IMG/VR virus record: IMGVR_UViG_2671180906_000008
Reading direction: 5' to 3' (one strand)
Length of the DNA: 4,318 nt
Origin: a virus
Lineage: Duplodnaviria > Heunggongvirae > Uroviricota > Caudoviricetes
The notes beneath the pieces were generated by a model that was not told where the DNA came from, ran no database searches, and saw only the letters and a list, made by a program, of their open reading frames with translations. Position numbers and translations under genes: made by a program. Of this stretch, positions 1-4,318 are shown piece by piece (within the stretch, counting starts at the first letter, position 1; every line of letters starts with the position of its first letter).

Positions 1-46
1 TGTTCTGAGGTGAGCATATCACCTCTGTTCAGGTGGCCAAATTCAG

Positions 47-69
47 TGTGCCACTTCACTATAGGGACC
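47..69 (+). promoter_or_regulatory. T7-group single-subunit RNA polymerase promoter-like sequence, predicted +1 at G64
   Basis: tgtgccacttCACTATAGGGAcc: positions 56-67 match the T7 promoter -8..+4 core TCACTATAGGGA 12/12; upstream -17..-9 differs from T7. Same orientation as all downstream genes. Only occurrence in the window. Confidence 0.4.
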
Positions 70-120
70 ATATCTCGCCTCTGACCTCCTGAGAGACGGC
101 AAGCGAGAAACCGTGGTCCA
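64..120 (+). other. Predicted 5' leader stem-loop at the putative transcript start
   Basis: GGACCA (65-70) pairs with TGGTCC (114-119); TCTCGC (73-78) pairs with GCGAGA (103-108); CTCT (79-82) pairs with AGAG (92-95). Nested helices begin right after the predicted +1. Confidence 0.3.
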
Positions 121-383
121 CGCTAGCAAGCTAGCCACCAGCCTAAGGCAAGACAGCCTCTGGTCAGCCTGTGTGTTCTTTGGTCTCGTGACTTAAGTCT
201 ATCACCACACACGCTCGGACATGCTGTCGAACCTTCATCTCTATGGTCATCGCAGACCACTAACCCCAATTACCTCAAGTCATTCTGTTTGCGTCCTGTT
301 GCCTGCTGGTCTCCCTTTACGTGGGGGCTTGAGTAGGTCAGTGGGGTGCGACTTCAGGGTGCAAACAAAAGGAGTACACGTAA

Positions 384-1130
384 ATGTCCCAACAAGAAAT
401 CAGCATCATTAACCTCGACCAGCTTGTGTCCATGACCTCAGTTGAAATTGCTGAGCTGACAGGAAAAGAACATAAACACGTTTTACGAGATATTCGTAAT
501 ATGGTCGAAGAGCTTAACGGGGCCAAAACTGAGCACTGCTCAACTTTGAGCAGCGAGCTTAACGGGTCCAAATTTGGGCTCGTTGGCGAGGAAGTATACA
601 AGGACGCGAAAGGTGAGAGCCGAACAATGTATCGTCTCGACCGTAAGCATACTTTCATTCTGGTCGCTGGCTATTCCGTTCACCTCCGCGCCAAGTGTTA
701 CGACCATATTCAGACGTTAGAGCGTCGAGTCCTTCAACTGGAAGACCAGAAGAAGCGAGCAGCCATTCAGTCCGCTAACCGCCGAGGCGTGACTTGGGGC
801 GACTACTGCAAAACCTATGGTCTGCCCGCTCAGAAGCTAATGACCGCACTTCTCCAGCATCGTGGCCTCTTTCGTAAGAACCCAATCAGTAACGAGTGGT
901 CTGTAAATCCGAAGTATTCCGACTGCTTTCGTATCATTAAGCCGTCAGACCAGAAGTTCTCAGCAGGTGGGTATAACTTCCGGTTCAACGCTAAGGGGCT
1001 GGAGGTCTTCGGTAAGCCTGAGATGGTTGACAAGATGCGAGGCATCCTTATTGCATTCACTGGCACCGACCAGCAGAAGCAAGAGCACCTCCTGAAGCTG
1101 GCACAATCCGGTAAGGTGGAGGGAATCTAA
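384..1130 (+). CDS. Rha-family phage regulatory protein (pRha/ORF6N-like N-terminal domain), 248 aa
   Basis: ATG 384 preceded by AAGGAG (369-374) at 9-nt spacing. N-terminal ...TSVEIAELTGKEHKHVLRDIRNM... then ...MYRLDRKHTFILVAGYSVHLRAKCYDHI... matches the Rha/antirepressor N-domain pattern as I recall it. Long uninterrupted ORF. Family call not searched. Confidence 0.65.
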   Translation: MSQQEISIINLDQLVSMTSVEIAELTGKEHKHVLRDIRNMVEELNGAKTEHCSTLSSELNGSKFGLVGEEVYKDAKGESRTMYRLDRKHTFILVAGYSVHLRAKCYDHIQTLERRVLQLEDQKKRAAIQSANRRGVTWGDYCKTYGLPAQKLMTALLQHRGLFRKNPISNEWSVNPKYSDCFRIIKPSDQKFSAGGYNFRFNAKGLEVFGKPEMVDKMRGILIAFTGTDQQKQEHLLKLAQSGKVEGI

Positions 1131-1131
1131 G

Positions 1132-1308
1132 ATGATGATTGACCCGCGCACACCTGAGGGGCGCATGACTCTCCGTTACCGTGGCTACCGGACTGAAGTC
1201 CTCCTCAGAGAGCTTGGTCTAGACCCGGAAGATGAGACCCGCCAGCACCAATCCCGAGACGAGCTAATAGCCCAACTGGTCGCTATGAAACTGCCGCTTA
1301 ACCGTTAG
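1132..1308 (+). CDS. Hypothetical small protein, 58 aa, translationally coupled to upstream gene; not in supplied ORF track
   Basis: ATG 1132 lies 1 nt after the TAA (1128-1130) of the upstream ORF. GGAGG at 1118-1122 gives 9-nt spacing. Reads MMIDPRTPEGRMTLRYRGYRTEVLLRELGLDPEDETRQHQSRDELIAQLVAMKLPLNR to TAG 1306-1308. Codon usage like neighbours. Confidence 0.5.
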   Translation: MMIDPRTPEGRMTLRYRGYRTEVLLRELGLDPEDETRQHQSRDELIAQLVAMKLPLNR

Positions 1309-1427
1309 TAGCTCACCTACTCAATACCTAATTTAAACACCTTTTGAGATGACCGATGCGGGGAGACCCGTAGGCCTTACTGTGCCTGCGATACCGATAG
1401 TCTCAACTCTCAAGAGGAGAATTACCT

Positions 1428-1978
1428 ATGATGTTCAACAACAACNNNNNNNNNNNNNNNNNNNNNNNNNNNNNNNNNNNNNNNNNNNNNNNNNNNNNNN
1501 NNNNNNNNNNNNNNNNNNNNNNNNNNNNNNNNNNNNNNNNNNNNNNNNNNNNNNNNNNNNNNNNNNNTCCTATCCGTTGTCGCTCGCTATCAAGACCCTC
1601 ATTCCGGGCTACCTGTCAGGCTTACCGTCCACCAGCCGCGAGGCGATGGAGTTACTGGAAGCTCTGGCTGAAGCTGGCGTGACCATTGGTAACTTCTTCA
1701 GTAATGACCTGATGACCGCCTACCAACGCCGCCAGATGAACAAACGAGCTGAAGCTGAGCGTATCGCTAAAGAGCTAGCGTCTCAGAAAGAGCGTACCCG
1801 CGAAATGTTCATGACCGAAGACGAATGGCAAAAAGAGCTACAGCGCCGCGAACAGGTCAAAGCTGAACGCCGGACCTATGGTGAAAACCTCCGCAGCGCT
1901 ACTCATTCCGCTGGTCGCTCACGTGCCGCTATCGTCGCTGACCTTGAGTCAGGCGGTAACTGGATGGACAGCTTGTAA
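1428..1978 (+). CDS. Hypothetical protein with charged, coiled-coil-like C-terminal half; interrupted by assembly gap, reading frame across gap unknown
   Basis: GAGGAG (1414-1419) 8 nt before ATG 1428 (MMFNNN...). After the gap an open frame runs to TAA 1976-1978 (…AEAERIAKELASQKERTREMFMTEDEWQKELQRREQVKAERR…). The 1349 start in the ORF track has no ribosome-binding site and is probably an artefact of the gap. Confidence 0.5.
1446..1567. other. Assembly gap (122 N)
   Basis: Run of N characters. Length is not a multiple of 3, so it is probably a placeholder size. Confidence 0.99.
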
Positions 1979-2061
1979 GCAAGCGTCCCTCATCTGAGAA
2001 CACACGGTCCCTGACTGCCTGTTAGGGACTTCAAGTATTTGACTCAAGGAGATTAATTATA

Positions 2062-3051
2062 ATGAATATGACTAAAAACGCTTTCCAGTTTGGCATTGAG
2101 CCAGTACGCATCACCGATACCGACAACATTCAGGTCAATGAAGGTCTGCCGACTAACGCCGACCCTCAGGTCTATGCCCTCCAGTTAGCTAAGACTGTTA
2201 AGGCTATGCTGAACGGTGTACTTAAAGACGCTCAAGATAACATCCCGTTCCCTGTAGAAGTCCTGCCGACCCGTAACAGCTTACCGACTCCAATCATTGC
2301 TCACACTCTGGCTGACCGCTCTGTGCTGGTCCCTGTCCGTGGTGGTAAGCGACCTGAAGTTGTGACCGCTCCGTCTGGCACTGAAATCACCGTTGAGCCG
2401 ATTGAACAGGCGATCCTCGTGTCTCACCAAACAAAGCTTTGGGACCAGAAGTCGACCACTGGTTTCACTCAGGGGACGCTCCAGCAGGACGCACTGAACA
2501 TCTGCGATAACGTGATTCGTACCATTAACTCTAAGATGGTTGACGTGCTGGAGTCCTCAAAGCTGCTGAAGACCGTAGAACTTCCGGCCCTGACTGGTAG
2601 CCTGACCGCTAAGGCTGACGCTATCATGGATGCCCTGTACGAGAACACGGAGTCTTCTTTCGGTTCTGAGGTTTCTGACTACGGCATTATCGCCCATGAG
2701 TCACACCTCAAGGCTCTCTCCCGTCTGGCTGCTAAGCAGGGCTTCGGTGGTGAAGACGCTATCGTCGATATGCTGGGGACTGACGTCGCCTATTACAACG
2801 GTGAAGACCGTGGCGTGTTCATGATGGCTAAGCGTTTTACGGCTCTGAGCTTCGGTTGCTTCCGTCACGATGGCGAGAGCATTACTGTGGTCCTTTCACG
2901 TGATGGAGACTCCCAGTCTCACGACCTTGAGATTCTCGGCAAGGTGTTTGTTGTAGCTGAAGCTGCTACGACCATCAAGATGGGTACTGGCTCGGCTACT
3001 GCTGTCCTGCCTGTAGTCAAACGCCTGAGCTTCACTAAAGAAGCTAACTAA
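2062..3051 (+). CDS. Hypothetical protein, 329 aa, likely highly expressed; possible virion structural protein by context only
   Basis: AAGGAGA (2046-2052) 10 nt before ATG 2062. Strong major-codon bias (cgt, ggt, gct, ctg, ccg, aac, ttc, tac). Hairpin plus T-tract terminator immediately downstream. No family recognised by eye. Confidence 0.8.
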   Translation: MNMTKNAFQFGIEPVRITDTDNIQVNEGLPTNADPQVYALQLAKTVKAMLNGVLKDAQDNIPFPVEVLPTRNSLPTPIIAHTLADRSVLVPVRGGKRPEVVTAPSGTEITVEPIEQAILVSHQTKLWDQKSTTGFTQGTLQQDALNICDNVIRTINSKMVDVLESSKLLKTVELPALTGSLTAKADAIMDALYENTESSFGSEVSDYGIIAHESHLKALSRLAAKQGFGGEDAIVDMLGTDVAYYNGEDRGVFMMAKRFTALSFGCFRHDGESITVVLSRDGDSQSHDLEILGKVFVVAEAATTIKMGTGSATAVLPVVKRLSFTKEAN

Positions 3052-3065
3052 CAATAACGACTATT

Positions 3066-3102
3066 GGTCAGACTTCCGAACTGGATGTCTGGCCTTTATT
3101 TT
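3066..3102 (+). terminator. Intrinsic (factor-independent) terminator downstream of the 329-aa ORF
   Basis: GGTCAGAC (3066-3073) pairs with GTCTGGCC (3087-3094) with one G.U pair; inner TCC/GGA pairs extend the stem; 5-nt loop gaact; followed by TTTATTTT (3095-3102). Starts 15 nt after the stop codon. Confidence 0.6.
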
Positions 3103-3146
3103 GTACTAGTAATCTAGTTTGTGAATACAGAAAGTAGGAGGGCCAA

Positions 3147-3221
3147 ATGGACCTACACAAAGTCTATCTCGTGGTCTTCCTGCTAAAGCTGGGACTGGTG
3201 GTCTGGCTATGGGCTATTAGA
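3147..3221 (+). CDS. Very short ORF (24 codons) behind a consensus ribosome-binding site; possibly a truncated gene start or leader peptide
   Basis: AGGAGG (3136-3141) 5 nt before ATG 3147. Reads MDLHKVYLVVFPAKAGTGGLAMGY then TAG 3219-3221. Too short to call a protein confidently. Confidence 0.2.
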
Positions 3222-3724
3222 CGATGAGTTTTGACTGAAAAATGTGAGACCTCATCTAATATAAAGAGCGAGCCAAAAGCCCCCATAGCCTGACCTGAGC
3301 CAGACCAAAAGGGCCGGGTAGTCAGACCGTGAGTTCTATTCCTTTAGAGGGAATATTACGTGCTTCAAGTCTTGACCTTCTATCTCTAAATGTGTGACTA
3401 TCACTACAACCAACTGGATTCACCTGTCTTTAAGAAACAATAGGTTAGCTGGTTGTCTTCGATTTGTCGTAGGCTCCCTTCGCCCGCTCCAATTTATCTT
3501 CACCTGATCAATCTGCCATTTTTGCTGTATCTGATTTTCTATATTATCTTAATTCAATCACTTCAGGCTTTTCGCAATCGCTGTAACACTTCCCCATTTT
3601 TTTGTAAATAAAAAGCGTTTACGCAATGCAATCCTTTTGTAACAACTCAGGTAAAATACCTTATTTTCAAGTTGTTGAATAAGTGGTTATCTACGCTTTT
3701 AACAAACGATTGATGGATTATTTT

Positions 3725-4276
3725 ATGAAAGGGAAATCTGCATTAACTCTTCTGCTCGCTGGTATATTTTCGTGCGGCACATGCCAGGCGACAGAGGCAG
3801 AAGTGACAAGCGAATCTGTATTTAACATTCTTAATTCCAGGGGGGCAGCAACAGATAAAAGTTATTTATCGTTAAATCCAGATAAGTATCCTAATTATCG
3901 TCTTCTGATTCACTCAGCCAAATTAAAAAATGAAATAAAGAGTCACTATACCAAAGACGAAACTCAAGGATTGCTAACATTAACAGAAAACACACGAAAG
4001 TTAACGTTGACGGAGAAACCCTGGGGAACGTTTATTCTTGCTTCTACTTTCGAAGATGACAAAACAGCGGCAGAAACCCACTATGATGCTGTCTGGCTGA
4101 GGGATAGTTTATGGGGCTATATGGCATTAGTATCAGACCAAGGAAATAGTGTAGCCGCAAAAAAGGTTCTGCTCACCCTGTGGGGTTATATGTCTACGCC
4201 CGACCAGATTAAGCGGATGCAGGACATCATTAGCAACCCAAAACGACTGGATGGAATTCTGATCCTACCCACGTAA
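3725..4276 (+). CDS. Secreted protein with N-terminal signal peptide and a GH15-like (glucoamylase/trehalase-type) WxRDS motif; ends at an in-frame TAA, possibly truncated or a pseudogene
   Basis: ATG 3725 gives MKGKSALTLLLAGIFSCGTCQA|TEAE, a classic n-h-c signal peptide. In-frame alternative starts at GTG 3683 and ATG 3713. AVWLRDSLWGYMAL at 4088-4129 resembles the GH15 WTRDS region. Visibly AT-richer with different codon usage than 384-3051. Frame stays open after the stop to the window end. Confidence 0.55.
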   Translation: MKGKSALTLLLAGIFSCGTCQATEAEVTSESVFNILNSRGAATDKSYLSLNPDKYPNYRLLIHSAKLKNEIKSHYTKDETQGLLTLTENTRKLTLTEKPWGTFILASTFEDDKTAAETHYDAVWLRDSLWGYMALVSDQGNSVAAKKVLLTLWGYMSTPDQIKRMQDIISNPKRLDGILILPT

Positions 4277-4318
4277 TATGGACACAGGCCTAAGCGAGGT
4301 TCTGGTTTTCAAATTGTT

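Noticed and set aside
7-25. Inverted repeat GAGGTGA / TCACCTC with 5-nt loop at the window start
   Set aside because: No following T-tract and it sits at the window edge; cannot be assigned as a terminator or operator without upstream context.
221-412. 63-aa + strand ORF in the leader region
   Set aside because: No ribosome-binding site, overlaps the start of the Rha-like gene out of frame, and has an atypical composition; more likely untranslated leader.
338-658. 106-aa minus-strand ORF
   Set aside because: Lies fully antisense to the well-supported Rha-like gene with no ribosome-binding site; typical shadow ORF.
830-1166. Two overlapping minus-strand ORFs (830-1066 and 960-1166)
   Set aside because: Antisense to the Rha-like gene and the coupled small ORF, with no start signals; likely spurious.
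1349-1427. Upstream extension of the track ORF 1349-1978 (MTDAGRPVGL...)
   Set aside because: No ribosome-binding site at 1349, and the frame is only joined to the post-gap ORF through N codons of arbitrary length; the start at 1428 with GAGGAG is far better supported.
2630-2824. 64-aa + strand ORF nested in the 329-aa ORF
   Set aside because: Out-of-frame overlap with a strongly supported gene and no start signals.
3601-3660. Sigma70-like promoter for the last gene (TTGTAA -35-like and TAAAAT -10-like hexamers)
   Set aside because: Spacing between the candidate hexamers is not the canonical 16-18 nt for any pairing I could find, so I did not call a promoter feature.
3725-3790. Lipoprotein lipobox in the signal peptide (LLLAGIFSCGTC)
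   Set aside because: The residues before either cysteine do not fit the L-[AS]-[GA]-C lipobox; a signal peptidase I site after CQA is more likely.
3945-3960. Second partial promoter-like string GTCACTATACC inside the last gene
   Set aside because: Lacks the GGG initiation triplet and upstream match, and lies within a coding region; probably chance.
1-4318. CRISPR arrays, tRNA genes, IS elements or terminal inverted repeats
   Set aside because: No regularly spaced direct repeats, no tRNA-like T-loop or acceptor pattern, and no transposase-like ORF were found by eye.

Overview
The window reads as two compositionally distinct parts. Positions 1-3230 are a compact, single-strand (+) phage-like module: a T7-group RNA polymerase promoter-like core with a structured leader, a Rha-family regulator gene, a translationally coupled 58-codon ORF that is absent from the supplied ORF track, an ORF broken by a 122-N assembly gap, a 329-aa ORF with strong ribosome-binding site and high-expression codon bias, and a convincing intrinsic terminator. 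Positions 3222-3682 are an AT-richer stretch with no ORF in the supplied track. Positions 3683-4276 carry an AT-rich gene for a signal-peptide protein with a GH15-like WxRDS motif that stops at an in-frame TAA 42 nt before the window edge. I do not recognise any canonical defence system, CRISPR array, tRNA or IS element. All product calls rest on reading motifs by eye without database searches, so they are hypotheses.
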